From Antedon mediterranea (Eukaryota; Animalia; Echinodermata): DNA of 64,000 bases. The notes under the pieces are model-generated. The model worked only from the letters and a program-made list of their open reading frames with translations, was not told where the DNA came from and searched no databases. The stretch spans positions 16,783,881-16,847,880 of the forward strand of contig NC_092678.1 of the NCBI RefSeq assembly GCF_964355755.1. Direction: 5' to 3'. Both the position numbers and the translations under genes were made by a program. Positions 1 to 13,090 of this stretch are shown piece by piece; the first letter of the stretch is position 1; every line of letters starts with the position of its first letter.

Positions 1-15
1 ATTTACCTGAAAGAA

Positions 16-3000
16 ATGGACTGCCTTCCACCTGAGGTACACAGAGAATTCCAGAATGGCAACTTTGTGGTGAAAGAATCTGACCGAAAATGTAATCAGG
101 TAGATCCTGACCACAGCCAAGAATGGTTAAATGGTACTGGAAAGAAATGTGGCGGTATTGTAGGGATTACAAAAACAACCACACCATTATCCAGATGGGC
201 TCTATCGTATAACTTAAGAAGCTATATATCAGACCAAACAAGAAAAATGTTGATGATTGAACAGGACCATGACTATGTGCACAATGAGCTTACACCATCA
301 AGAAAACGGCGAGATAACCTTGATGAGGAAAAGGTCACCTCAGCTTTCAGGGAATTCAAGGTATTTAGTGAGAAATATCATTCTTCAGTACTATAGAATA
401 TTTCTAAAAAGGATTTGGCATCAGAGAACATTCAACATTCCTTCCTTAATGCAGAGAAACTCGGACAAGAAAAACTGGATGAGTTTGTTGAATATCGTCT
501 TCTACAGTCACATGATAGTACACAGCTAGTGAATTTCAATGATGTTCTACACAGGAACAAACCACATACTTTCTCATCTATATACACAGTAGACTGCAAA
601 CACCGAAAAGGCAAAGAGACGACCATCAAGGCGGATAGAAACATACTACAGCGACTAATAACAGCTTTTAAAGCAGGACGGACGGTAAACCTATATGAGA
701 TTCTAAAGCACGAGTTAATGCCTGTTCCAATCTCACTTGCTGCCATGAATATAAGTCTCCACACAGCAAACAAATCTGTTCTAGCTGATATGTTGACTGT
801 AAATGTCCCAACCACATCCCAAGTGAAAATTAGTGGAACCTCTTGCCTAATAATTGACGGACAAGCGCTGACAATGGCCATAGGAAAGCCACATGAAAGT
901 TCAAGTAATATTTATTTCACATAAATTTGTACATATTATAACAATCCATTGTAATGGTGAAATAGGCACTCTGCTAATAAGCAAGCTTTTACATGCAAGG
1001 CCCTTACATAAACAATGAAAAATAAAACAATACAAAAAGACAGAACTACAAAAAGGAGCTATTAATTTTAAACAACAATAGACTTGATAAAGATTTTACG
1101 TTTACCCACGTAATAATGCAGTCAGTGAGCAATATTATTACAAATTTAACAATTGTTTGAGCACCGAACCATTTCATTTTTATAACCAATCATGTACTTC
1201 TTATTTAATTTATATTTGAATGAGTAAATAATTGTACAGTCCTTTATCTCATCCGATAATCTATTCCACACCATTGAACCCCTGTAAGAAAAACATTTTT
1301 GTCCAACGTTTGTTCGTTTGCGCTCAATAACAAGTTTGTCTTCGTTTCTTGTATAATAGCTATGATAGGATTCAAAGGTATAAAACAAATCATCGAATGA
1401 GGATTGTAACAAACCCTTATTATATTGAAACATGAGGGTTGAGATATTATTTTCGTATCAATCAAAAATATTTAGTGTTTCGGTGGCAATAAATAGAGGT
1501 TTTGAGGGATGTAAGAAGTGAACGTTACAAATAATACGAAGTGCCCTTTTTTGAAGAATGAAAAGTCTATTTAGATTAGTAATATTACCGGTGCTCTAGA
1601 TTGAAAGGCCATAAGTAAGGGTAGGTAAGATTAGTGATTTATAAATTATGAGAAGTACATGGTTAGGTAATATAGTTTTTAAATGATAAATGATTCATAG
1701 CACCAATGATTCTGGGTACTCTAACTGCAATTGCATTTACATGATTTGTAAACTTCAGTTTATCATCTATGTCGTACACCCAAGAACTTCATGTTATCGA
1801 CTCTATCAATAGTATCATGACCGATCATAATTTATATGTCGGACGTGTCTATAGTGACATTCCTTCCAATAAAAATCATGTATTTACTTTTATCTGTATT
1901 TACAATGAGTTTGTTATTTTTTAACCATTCATTTAAACGTTGGAGTTCCATATTCATAATTTGTACCGCATCAGTTATACATTTGTGTTGTAAGAATACA
2001 TTTGTATCATCTGCAAACGTAATTATATTAGCACAATTACATACTGATGACATATCATTAGTAAAAATTAAAAATAATAATGGACCGATAATTGACCCCT
2101 GTGGGACACCGTACTCAACTGGTCTCACTTCGGATTTATGGTTGCACACTTTGACATATTGTTCTCTTTTGTTTAAATAGCTACGATACCAATCAAGAAC
2201 AACACCCCTAATTCCATAATAATGTAACTTATCCAGGAGTATTTTGTGATCAAGTGAATCAAATGCCTTAGAGAGGTCTATAAATACTCCGATTGTTATT
2301 AGTTTATTGCCAAATGCATTTGATATTTTATCAAGTGCCTGTAACAACGCATGGGTAGTTCAGTGGCCCTCTCCGTGAATCCGAATTGAGACAAGTTAAG
2401 AATATTATGTTTATTCAGAAATGTAATAGTTTGGTCGTAAACAATTCGTTCATATATCTTCGACAAGCATGGTAATATGGATATTGGTCGATAATTGCAT
2501 ATATCATTTTTATCACCTTTTTTAAACACCGGTATTGTTTTACTTAGTTTCAGTTTATTGGGGAAAATTCCCGTTTCAAGCGATAAGTTAATTATTTGAG
2601 ATATTGGTTTAGCCAATATATCACTATTACTCTTTATATACTTAGCACCAATATTATCATGCCCACACGACTTGTTTGAATTTAGACCATTAATATATTT
2701 AGAGACGTCATATTCGGAGACTGGCATAAAAAACATTGATTTGGTTAGGTTATTACTCATATATCCCATAGCATCAGAATGGTCACGGTTGGCTTGTTCT
2801 GCCATGTGTTTCCCAATGTTTATAAAGTATAAATTAAAAGCCTTAGCTTTTTCTGCATGACTATTAAAAACCTGTGAAACACACGCATTTGGTCAGTATG
2901 CTGAGGTGTTTGCTAAATCAGTGTGTGATATGGGGTCAGAGTATGACCGAATTGATGTAGCTTTTGACAGATACCAACAATATTCCATTAAAACTGGAAC

Positions 3001-4052
3001 AAGAATAAAACGTGCTAAGGGCTCAAGACCTATTCGCAGGGTAATAGAAGACCCATCTGTTCCTCTGCCAGACAAATGGATGAACTTCCTGTCACTCGGA
3101 GAGAATAAAGCAAACCTTGCAGAGTTTCTTTCTCATCAAATCACAATGCATGCCTCATCTATTTCACCGAAAACCCTTGTAGTGTCTGGAGGGTTCAAGG
3201 AGATTACAGGTGTTCAATCAACGGATCTTAATATGGACATATCTCTACTTCAAGCCTACCATGAAGAGGTCGATACACGCCTTGTACTTCATGCTTTGAA
3301 CACAAATGCCGAAACTATTGTTGTGTCAGTGCGCGATACTGATGTACTTGTTCTGTTAGTTGCACACTTTGGAAAGATGAAATGCAGTAAATTGTGGATG
3401 AAAGCAGGCACTTACAAGAAACCTAAATACATTGCCATCCACAAACTCCATCAACAACTACTACCATGGAAAGTTCAAGCTCTACTACCTTTTCATTCAA
3501 TTACTGGATGTGACAGTGTGTCACAATTTGCCGGCCATGGTAAAAACAGCATGGAAAGTGTTTCAAACATACGGAAAACTCCTGACAGATCTTGGTACAG
3601 GAGATATCACAGAAGCTATTAACAAATATGCCGAAAAATTCATATGTTACCGTTACAAGGTGTCTGCTCACGTGGAGACTTGTGACAAAGCACGTGTGAT
3701 ACTCTTCTGTAGGGGGTGTCCGCAGGAGGCTTTGCCACCAACATCTGATGCAGCGAGGCTGCATATTAGGCGTGCACATTACCAAGCTTCGGTATGGAAG
3801 CAGGCAATTGTCCCTACACCAGTTTTACCTCATGCTACAGACATGGGGTGGACAAACGTTGATGGTCAATTGCTCTCGAAGTTGGTTACACTATCTCCTA
3901 TTCCGAAGACGTGTATCGAGATAGTCACATGTAACTGCACTAAAGGATGTGTGAGCCGGAACTGCAGTTGCAGAAATGCTTCACTATCCTGCACAGAAGG
4001 ATGTCGATGCATGCATGATCCCAAAGAAGATTGCAGAAACACAAGACACTGA
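16..4052 (+). pseudogene. Academ transposase/XPG-nuclease/Cys8 protein, disrupted
   Basis: In-frame TAG at 394-396; LINE insertion at 899-2874 whose removal restores the frame (GKPHE-THAFGQYAEVF); frameshift in the A-run near 3542-3547 (GHGK/KTAWK). Confidence 0.8.
899..2874 (-). mobile_element. 5'-truncated non-LTR retrotransposon (CR1/L2/Crack/Daphne group), frameshifted RT
   Basis: RT motifs NYRPISILP, FIDLSKAFD, GVPQGSIIGPLLF, FADDT; C-terminal FSYRGSMVWN; 3' end AATAAA..TTGAAC; TSD TGAAA at 894-898 and 2875-2879. Confidence 0.9.
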
Positions 4053-4579
4053 ACACAAAACTGTTTATACATATTTCGGGGCATTTTGTTACTGTTTTTC
4101 ATTTTATCAACAAACTTTTAAAGTTGTTTTTAACCTCGTCATGAATCAAGAATTTCTTTTCAAATGTAACTCATACAATTGTACATCACAACAAAAACTA
4201 GATGTATCTCACTCCTGAGGACGAAGGTATATTGATCGGAATATCAAGAAACTCAACAGATCTTTTCAAAACTAAAACATTTACTACATGCATTGATATA
4301 TCAATATAAAAACTAGATAGTATGGTAATATCAGTATTCAACACGGCAACTAAACTGGAGTAATGCCTATCTGGAATCATTGCCTGTTGTTAACCTATAT
4401 GATTGCTTACAAATAATCGTTTATAAGCCAACCTATGTAATTGGTGGCCATCACGCGGGAATTCAACATGGCGACTAAACGAAAACATTTACTTTAATAA
4501 GACTATATTTAGAGTCCTTAGCATCATAAACATAGGTAGGCCTATAGTCCCTACTTTTTTAAACTGATTGGTATATATA

Positions 4580-4826
4580 TACAGTATACACAGGCACAGA
4601 TATGTACATACGTCGAGAGTTATAAAGAGTCTCTATCCATTCAAATTTGAATAATGCAATGAAACCCCAGTGGTCTAATGGTTATATAGCATATCAAGCA
4701 GAATGTTCCGGGTTTGAAACTCGGTTCGAGCAACTTTTTCTCACAGGTTTCGTCATTTTTATTGTTTCTAATTAAATGTCAGTATATCACCGGGCGGTTT
4801 GGAAATTATTCTGTGCCTGTGATGTT

Positions 4827-4830
<4 letters not shown>
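4580..4830 (+). mobile_element. Degenerate copy of the TA-flanked tRNA-carrying element (homologous to 13091-13440)
   Basis: Shares AAAGAGTC.CTATCCA, CCCCAGTGGTCTAATGGTTA, GCATATCAAGCAG and CAGTATATCACCGGGCGGTTT..CTGTGCCTG with the 13-kb copy; (TA)n on both sides. Confidence 0.75.
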
Positions 4831-4857
<27 letters not shown>

Positions 4858-4859
4858 TT

Positions 4860-5672
4860 AAAATGGCGGCCATCTTGGATTTCAAAATGGCGGCTGTTTA
4901 CAACTTTAATTACAATATAATTGGAATCCTCAGTATCACAAACATAGGTATAGACACCATTTTTAACTTGCTATGTCACATAAAAGTCAAGTTATAAGCC
5001 AAAATATATTTAAAATGGCGGCCATCTTGGATTTCAACATGGCGGCTGAAATAGAATATTTTCAACTTTAATAACAGTATATATTTGGCATCCTCAGTAT
5101 CACAAACATAGGTATAGACACCATTTTTAACTTGCTATGTCAATTAAAATTCAAGTTATAAGCCAAAATACATTTAAAATGGCGGCCATCTTGGATTTCA
5201 ACATGGCGGCTGAAATAGAATATTTTCAACTTTAATAATTGTATATTTGGAATCCTCAGTATCACAAACATAGGTATAGACACCATTTTTAACTTGCTAT
5301 GTCACATAAAAGTCAAGTTATAAGCCAAAATATATTTAAAATGGCGGCCATCTTGGATTTCAACATGGCGGCTGAAATAGAATATTTTCAACTTTAATAA
5401 CAGTATATTTGGCATCCTCAGTATCACAAACATAGGTATAGACACCATTTTTAACTTGCTATGTCAATTAAAAGTCAAGTTATAAGCCAAAATACATTTA
5501 AAATGGCGGCCATCTTGGATTTCAACATGGCGGCTGAAATAGAATATTTTCAACTTTAATAATTGTATATTTGGAATCCTCAGTATCACAAACATAGGTA
5601 TAGACAACATTTTTAACTTGCTATGTCACTTAAAAGTTTAGTTATAAGCCAAAATAAGTTTGAAATGGCGGA
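4860..5672 (+). repeat. ~162-bp tandem array (5 units, alternating A/B variants), subterminal in the Academ element
   Basis: AAAATGGCGGCCATCTTGGATTTCAA recurs at ~4860, 5012, 5176, 5338 and 5500, with a partial copy at 5663. Confidence 0.95.
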
Positions 5673-5831
5673 CTTTTTGTTTTTCACATTTTAGGGGTGA
5701 AGATCTAAAAATTGGGCCGGGTAAACAGCAGATTTAAATTCAGCACCCCAAAATTACAAAAACACATGTTTATTCGCTTTTAACACGAAATGCCTACAGC
5801 ATTTCATTCTTATTAAATCTGGACTAGTCTA

Positions 5832-6213
5832 AAAAAAACGTACTCTAATTTCATCGAAAATAAATTTGGACAGTTTTGACAATTTTAAGCGTTATATGCA
5901 CTACGCACGTAATTGTATTGCCATTATGATGAAATATAACCTGGAATTTATGAGTAACACATTTTATTTTAATTGTGATTCATGCTCACAAACGTGATTT
6001 CGTTAAATCGTGTGTAGACCGCGTAATTTTCGTTTGCGCACCGTGAGAACATAACCACATCGATTAGTAAGAATATACTGTAAAAAATTGAATTAGCTAG
6101 ATGAAACTGATATCAAGACAAAGCCATATACAAGTTTAGTGTTTACCGACCGACCGACCGACCTACCAACCGACCGACATAGGGAACTGTAGAGTCGCGT
6201 TACATGCGACTAA
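5832..6213 (+). mobile_element. Helentron/DINE-like non-autonomous element, cut by the Academ end
   Basis: Closely similar to 56870-57255; (CCGA)n microsatellite; terminal hairpin AGTCGCGTTACATGCGACT. Confidence 0.65.
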
Positions 6214-6740
6214 ACATAAATTTAAAATTGTAATTAAACTTTGTAAACAATACTTATTCAAAATAAAGTTTAAGTTTGAGGGCGGGCTCGTTAAGCTTGC
6301 TTACCTCCCATAGCATTAAACGCGAGCAGTTTTAAGACAGTTATAAAAAGGTAATTTTTGACTGGTCTAATGTTGCTAAAAAATGTAATGGTTTGTAATA
6401 CTGTAGTAGTATGTAAATGTGTTACGATATGAAACATTAAACGGATAATTGTAACATGTAGCATCTACCAATGCATCAGCATAAAAGATATTTATTTTAC
6501 TGATTTGAAAACTGCAATACAACTTTCACAAGTTTTATTTTACAGTAGTTGTCAGGTCTGACTATGTACATAAACAGTTACTGTCGACCTACATAACTTT
6601 AGTACACGCATATTGGTCTGATTTTTTTTCAGAAATTCGGAATGCGTCCTCAATTAACAACATTGAACTTATAACTCACAGTATTTAATTTACTGGTACT
6701 AGTATGTACAATTGATATACATCATGGCTCATACACTTAC

Positions 6741-9700
6741 CTGGAACTGCTAAAACAAGTCCGTTTGGTGTTTGAAGTCCTGTTGTTACTAAGGCAGTTC
6801 TTGTTCTCGTATCAGTTAACTTCACTCGCTCTATTTCGCTGTTTTGCCATTCAGTCCAGTACAGGTATCTAAGTAGGTACAATGTCTGTTAAAGTAATGT
6901 AGTGGTTCACAGTCCTTTGAAATGTAGATCAACTAATAAGAGCAGAGCTAAGTATGATATCATTGATATCTTATGAAATGACTAAAACCTGAGTTAAGTT
7001 TTCATTTCGTATTCTCTATTACTTTCCTCATTGATTATTTAAAAGGTACAAATGGTTTTATTGCATTTTAATATTTTTCTCAATCAAAAATTAGATGTGA
7101 AGTTAATTGAGATTAAAGAAGACACACGGTACTGTAAACAATATAGATAGTGACATACCCATTAGTAGTGTCTAACGCAATTGCAATTGGGTAGCTTAAT
7201 TCTGTGTCAATCAGAATGTGTCTGTTCGTTCCATCCAGATTTATTACTTCAATTCGGTGTTTTCCTTGATCTGTCCAATAAAGCTTCTTTCCAGTTCCAT
7301 CAACGGCTAAACCATACGAATCTTAAATAATGATGAGCAATTAAACAATCATAACGTTGTAATCACATACTGTGGAATCTTACTTACATAAATGTTATAA
7401 AAACTAGTCTTTTAAACATAATATTACCTCTCAAATCATAATAAGAATAAATAAACGCCTCCTCCCATAATTATAACATACTTTGAAATAAACGTCCCCC
7501 CCCCCCCTCAAATAAACGCCCGGGCGATTTTTCCCATCGAATAAACGCGCCATAAAACCGCACTTGAATAAATACGGCATACAGACAGTAGACAAAAAAG
7601 CCTTGTGGATATGCAATGTTTTATCTATGTGTAGAATACATACTTTGTTGATTTAGATATTATTGAAAAATAAATCTCAAGTAAATAAAATGTTAGCTGA
7701 AAGGGATTGGCAAATAAATTGCAAAGCTTTATAGACGTTTATGTCTAGTTTTCTCAATGTTAATGTTCAACCTCTCAAATCGCATACACGGGTTATGTAT
7801 AATATAATTATTCAGATCCAGAATATAGCGCTGGGTGCGCACGCTTCATACTATATTTCATATCACATTATTTTTGATAGAATAATATCATGTGCAGATT
7901 GATACAGTTTTGGCCTAAGTTCTGTACAAGATATGTCGGTTTTAGAGAGACGCTTGAATGTGTATTATTCGGATCGTCGCATCCCGTTTAATCATAATAC
8001 ATGTATAAGTAGGCTAATTCACGATGCACAGAACACTACACGACACAAGAAAGAGCTTTTTTTGTGAAAGTGAGATAGGTAGTGTTGAAAATAAACGATT
8101 TGTGTAGACTTGCCCAAAGTATGTAGGAATTGTCTTTTAATATTATGTTAGTTCACCAGTCGGCGTTTCGATTTTTGTCTGTAAAATTTGACCTCAAGTA
8201 TTATACGTATGAAACGCCATATGTGCAAAAATATTAGCTTTTTGCTAAAATAAATTCTAAACACAGTTTTGTAGAACCTGGACTACGATTTATGGTTTGA
8301 ATTATATAAACTGCTGTAGGCCCTATAATGGTATAATCGCTGATGTAAATTTGGACTATTGGGCTACCCTCGCATTTATTGTAATTGCTTCAGAAATCAT
8401 TAATCGATCCAATTGTTTAGGTAAACTGTTTATAAAAATCAGACGGATTTAATTATTGTTTGTGCTTATTCTCTAAAACTATGCACAAAGTGTTACAACT
8501 TAGACTATACACATTCCTTACAACACAATTAATCTGACTAAGTGCGCACCAAAAATGGATACTGATTATTAAAAAATAGAACATTATTTAGGATGTTACT
8601 TAACTGATTTTGTACGTACGTACTTATATATCTGTTACCTTAATTATTATTTAGGCCGAAGGCATTATGAATGAATAAAATGTAAGTAGTTTAAAAAGGA
8701 AACAATTATGAAAAGTAAGCCTACAGTATTCGGACAAAAGATAATAAAATGTCAACATTTAAATGACAACTCCATTATTATTCCAAATAAAAAAAACAGA
8801 AGAAATAAAATTGAGAATAATATTGATTTTACTTACAAACTGATGACAAAAAAACTTCATGTTGGTTCGTGACAAATGAATAACGTTCAATAGTTTTCTT
8901 GCTCCAGTCAGACCAGTATAATGTTGATGTGCTAACATCATAATTAACAGCGTAGGGGTCGGTTAATGTAACATTCTGCATTGCTGCAGTAAATCTTAAC
9001 TCGCTGTCACTGGAACTTATGTGTGACATGTATATTCCAGGAGGATTGAAATCATTAGCAACAAACATAACATCACCTGTAAACAAACACTTTTAATTGA
9101 ATGAAATATCTAAGGAAAAATAATAACACAATTATACATTAGCATTCTAATCATTTTTAAAATATTAATTATTGAGAAAAAATGTTTACTGGTTTATTTA
9201 AAAAAAATGCAAAATCCTTATTTTTAATACTTACTTAATACATACACGATAAATAAAACAAATCATTCAACTCAACACTTATATCAACAGTTTCAAATAA
9301 GACAACCAGAAACGAATCTGTGTAAGATTGTTTAGTCTCGGTCATATTACTGTATTTTTTTCGAATAAACGCCCGACTTTTAACACAAGACAAGGGTCGA
9401 TTATTTCTTTTCAACATGCATATACACACAATACTGTACTGTAACACGTTTGTATTAGTAATATATTTCATTGACGACTTCCATGATGTAGGCTACCATT
9501 TACCAAAATTGTTGATACAGTTTTTAAGGTATTTTGTCACTTCTTGATATTAACTGTGTTTCAATAATGAAAACATTTCTTCTGGTTTCGATTCGTATAA
9601 TAATATAAGTAGTTCTTTGATAGTAAACCATTATTGGTTTACTATCAAAGAACTACTTATATTATTAATTGTGTTGTATTTATTTTTTATTTATCGAGGA

Positions 9701-10289
9701 GAAATTTATTTGATTACCGTATTTATTCTAATAAACGCTACATGACGTGTATTGCTCAATAAGTGTTTTTGTTTTTTTCGTGTGTAATATATGGTAACCT
9801 AATAAAATAAATACCCACACCACTGGGTATGAAACATTACAACACAATTAATATAAAGAAATGATATAATCAAATCAAAATGTTTGGTAAATTGTAGACC
9901 ATGTCAATCAATTAATTCTACTACAAATAATAATACTATGTGCATGTGGCGGAGAGTGTATTCGAGGAAATAAATAAACTCCCGGTGGGCGTTTATCCGA
10001 GTGGGGGTATTTATTCAAGATCGGGGGTGAGGGGAGGGGGGGGGGGTTATTCCCAACGATGTTATATGTGGAAAGGGCGGGGGACGTTTTCCGTGGGGCA
10101 TTTATTCAAAGCGGGGCGTTTATTCAAATAAATACGTTATACATGTTACTGTACCATCCCAAAAAATAGATAAAGAGGAGACACCAATTACATATCGCAC
10201 ATGCAACGAATAATCGAATAAGAAACTGCCTTACCTGTGCAATATACAATGCATACAAATAGAAATACCAGTTGTTTTGCGTTTTCCAT
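6741..10289 (-). CDS. LRP/LDL-receptor class B (YWTD beta-propeller) secreted or receptor protein, first 4 coding exons; continues beyond the window start
   Basis: Exons 10289-10235 (signal peptide [18 protein letters not shown]), 9076-8837 (LYWSD), 7321-7159 ([18 protein letters not shown]), 6868-6741 (YLYWTEW..IERV..PNGL). GT-AG introns with consistent phases. Confidence 0.85.
9716..10139. mobile_element. MITE with TACCGTATTTATT-type TIRs and ATAAACGCC subrepeats (related fragments at ~7440-7575 and 21750-22080)
   Basis: TACCGTATTTATT at 9716 versus AATAAATACGTTA at ~10127-10139; repeated TAAACGCC/GGCGTTTA. Confidence 0.5.
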
Positions 10290-10999
10290 TATGTAGGCCT
10301 ATCACTATATCCACGTAGGAAGTAAATCTTACATGCCCTGTCCAACAATGAACTACAGTACGACTATTATCTGCTATTTATACACGGAAATTAACCATAA
10401 TACATATAACATTTACTGCTCATGTGTGGGGTTTCTGCCAAATTATTATACAAGAGTATAAAAAAAATAAATAAATAATTCATTTAAAATATGCGCGCAT
10501 CATGCTATATAATACAGCATGATACATAATTCAAACATAATGCATCGCGTTATATATAACAGCATGTAATTTACATATTTTATTTAACATACAATGGTGT
10601 ATATTTCATTTACATAAATAATGTTATATTATAACACAGTGTGTCATTGTCTTGTAATATATAACATACAGGTCGGCCTAGCGTATATTTCATTTACAGG
10701 AATCATGTTATAATATTACATACTGTAGTATGATATTAGCCTATTTCATTCACATGTATCTTGTTATATATAACATGGTGTTCATTTACTTGGTGGTGGT
10801 GGTGGTGTAAGTTGTTCTCCGCGACAGAATTGTTTCAAGAAAGTGAATATGTAATATTACTTACCTCGTCGATTTTGCTTGGAAAAAATCGAGAGTTTGC
10901 AAAACTATTTTGGTTCGTCTATAATAGAATAGTTGAAATTATGATGACTGCACATGCATGTTTATAATCTAGTATAATATATAATAATATATATATATA

Positions 11000-11156
11000 T
11001 CAAGGGCTAGTCTTGCCCGAAAGCTCTGCTAACTTTTCTGGCTGTTTTACTTCTCGTTTTGATTTAGCTTTTCGCTTTTATGTTGTATCTCCATTGAGAT
11101 CCAGCCACTGATACCCATAGCATTGTCATTTTTTTCAGTAATTTGCCTTTGGATTT
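11000..11156 (+). mobile_element. Penelope-like (Neptune-type) pLTR remnant in a TA microsatellite, with partial hammerhead
   Basis: TCAAGGGC-TAGTCTT-GCCC-GAAAGCTC (helix II plus GAAA core, 5' core truncated), T-rich body, GATCCAGC motif, (TA)n on both sides. Confidence 0.55.
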
Positions 11157-11178
11157 ATATATATATAGTATAATATAT

Positions 11179-13067
11179 TTTTTTTTTCTCTTTTGTGGCG
11201 TGAACCACCACCTTTATTCTTTCATATCATAATTAAATACATTACAAATAAATCAGTAATATCTGTCTTCATATGTTCTTTCTTTAATTATATTGTTTTC
11301 CGTTAATATTCTACATTTTTCTTTATCTTTTTCTGCTCAAAAAAAAAAATATCAGTAATTTTTGTAAATTTTAGTTTTTCACATATTGTTTCCAATATTA
11401 TCCCATTTATATACATCTTATAGACATTATATACAAAGATATAAAACAACGTTTAATAAATTTATTAGGTACCGGTAACTCTTTTAACATTATATGAGCG
11501 TTAGTTTGTTCAGATCCTTAACAATAGACTTAAATACAATCCAAGAGTTTTTACACACTGGTTTGTTTAATTCAGTTAAAATCTTAATGTTATATATTGA
11601 GAAGACAGCAATTGAATATAAGTCATTTTTGTATTCACAATCAGACCCTAAAAGAAGTTCTCTAAAAGAGCTTCTGCCATTGTCAATATTTTTAAAAATG
11701 TTATCTATGTTTGTCCATAAAGTTTTATTTCGTATGCATTCAAAAAACATGTGTTTTTCGTCTTCAATTACCCCACATAAGTCACATACATTATTCATTT
11801 TCACATGCAACTTATGAAGCCTTTGATTAGTCGGAACAATTTTGTTCAACAGCTTGTAATTTAGTTGTGCATATTTTTTGTTTTTTTCATTTTTCACTTT
11901 TTTTATCCAAACGTCACTCCAATTTATTTTCTGAGTGTTAAAGGCCATATTCCATTTGCCCATTACATGCGGATAAATAAATGTTTCTTTAATAAAGCAC
12001 GAATATATAAGTTTTGTTTCCAGCATATAGGCGTCATTCGTTATGATGCACTCATCTTTTATATTTGTAGGCCCGTTCTTGTTGTAATTTTTAATTATAT
12101 TAATCCAATCTTTTGGAATAGCATCAACTAAGGAAGCATATTCCATGAGCCAGTTTATTTTATTACGTAGTGTTTCAAAGATTTCATTAGATGTTTTCAA
12201 ACGGTTAAAATTAATTATATCAAATATTTTTTTAAATCCTGAATCAAACCAATTTTTATAAAACAAAGACTTTTTTTTGTACACAATATATTTGTTTCCT
12301 CATAAACTTTGATTAACAACTTCTTCATAAGTATTGATTTCATGGCAGCAGTTTTCGTTAAATTCAGTACAACATTGTATCACTTTTAAATAAAAAGGAG
12401 GAATGTTTTTCAAAGTAATGCAATTTACCAGGTTAATATTTGACATACTAAAGAACAATCTTTCATTTCCAAACTTATTTATATAATATGTTGGTAATAG
12501 CTTCCATCTCACATGCTTTCTACATATTAATTTTCTCGCCCATGCAACCTTGAGCGCTTTGACCTGTAATGCAAAATCCGGCATATTAATACCTCCATCT
12601 TTTAGCTTGCCAATTAATGTCTTTCTTTTAATTTTTTCCCCTTTTCCATTCCATAGGAAATCGTATGTCAGTTTATTCACCTGTAAAACAACATAATTTG
12701 GTACATCAATTATAGAGGCGTTATAAATTAGTTTAGATAAACCGAGACTCTTTAAAATTGTAACTTTTCCAAAATATGTAAGGTTTCTACCTTTCCACGT
12801 GTTGAGTAGTCTTTCTAAACTTAACAATTTATTAGCCCAGTTTAGTTCTTGACATTCATCCTTTTTATAACCTACATATATTCCTAAAATTTTAATTGGT
12901 TTTTTAACCCAATTTAAGTTACATGGTTTTTCAATTTTATTTATATTTCTACCAATCCACATGGCATTTGTTTTTCTTTTGTTAAGGCTCATACCTGATA
13001 CTTTACAAAAGTTGGTAACAATATTTAAACCTATCTCAATACTATGCACCGGGTCGGGGACAGCTAG
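11179..13067 (-). mobile_element. 5'-truncated Tx1/L1-clade LINE (RT C-terminus, CCHC finger, poly-A)
   Basis: ORFs 12300-13100 and 11490-12284 (IKILGI, WKGRNLTYFGKVTILKS, GGINMPDF, CDLC..EDEKHMFFEC); poly(A) tail seen as a T-run from 11179; 15-bp TSD TATAGTATAATATAT at 11164-11178 and 13068-13082. Confidence 0.9.
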
Positions 13068-13090
13068 TATAGTATAATATATATTATATA

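Larger units (their letters stand above)
1..5831 (+). mobile_element. AcademX-type DNA transposon (3' part, decayed), lying in an intron of the LRP-like gene
   Basis: ORF pieces 16-396, 415-898, 2880-3545 and ~3545-4052 give the transposase C-terminus (DHSQEWLN..KKCGGIVG), an XPG/FEN1-like nuclease (HEEVDTR, DTDVLVLL, HSITGCD) and a Cys-rich finger (CNCTKGCVSRNCSCR..CTEGCRC). This domain order is the AcademX architecture. Subterminal 162-bp tandem array; right end ...GGACTAGTCTA at 5831 (TAG..CTA-type terminus). Confidence 0.75.

Noticed and set aside
432-881. Antisense ORFs over transposon coding regions (also 1836-2180, 3501-3785, 11494-11817)
   Set aside because: Shadow ORFs opposite real transposon frames.
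4860-5672. CRISPR-like array
   Set aside because: The spacers are themselves repeated, the context is eukaryotic and there are no cas genes; it is a tandem repeat.
13048-13067. U2 snRNA fragment at the Tx1 5' junction (CGGTGCA)
   Set aside because: Only ~7 nt match, and it overlaps the LINE frame; insufficient.
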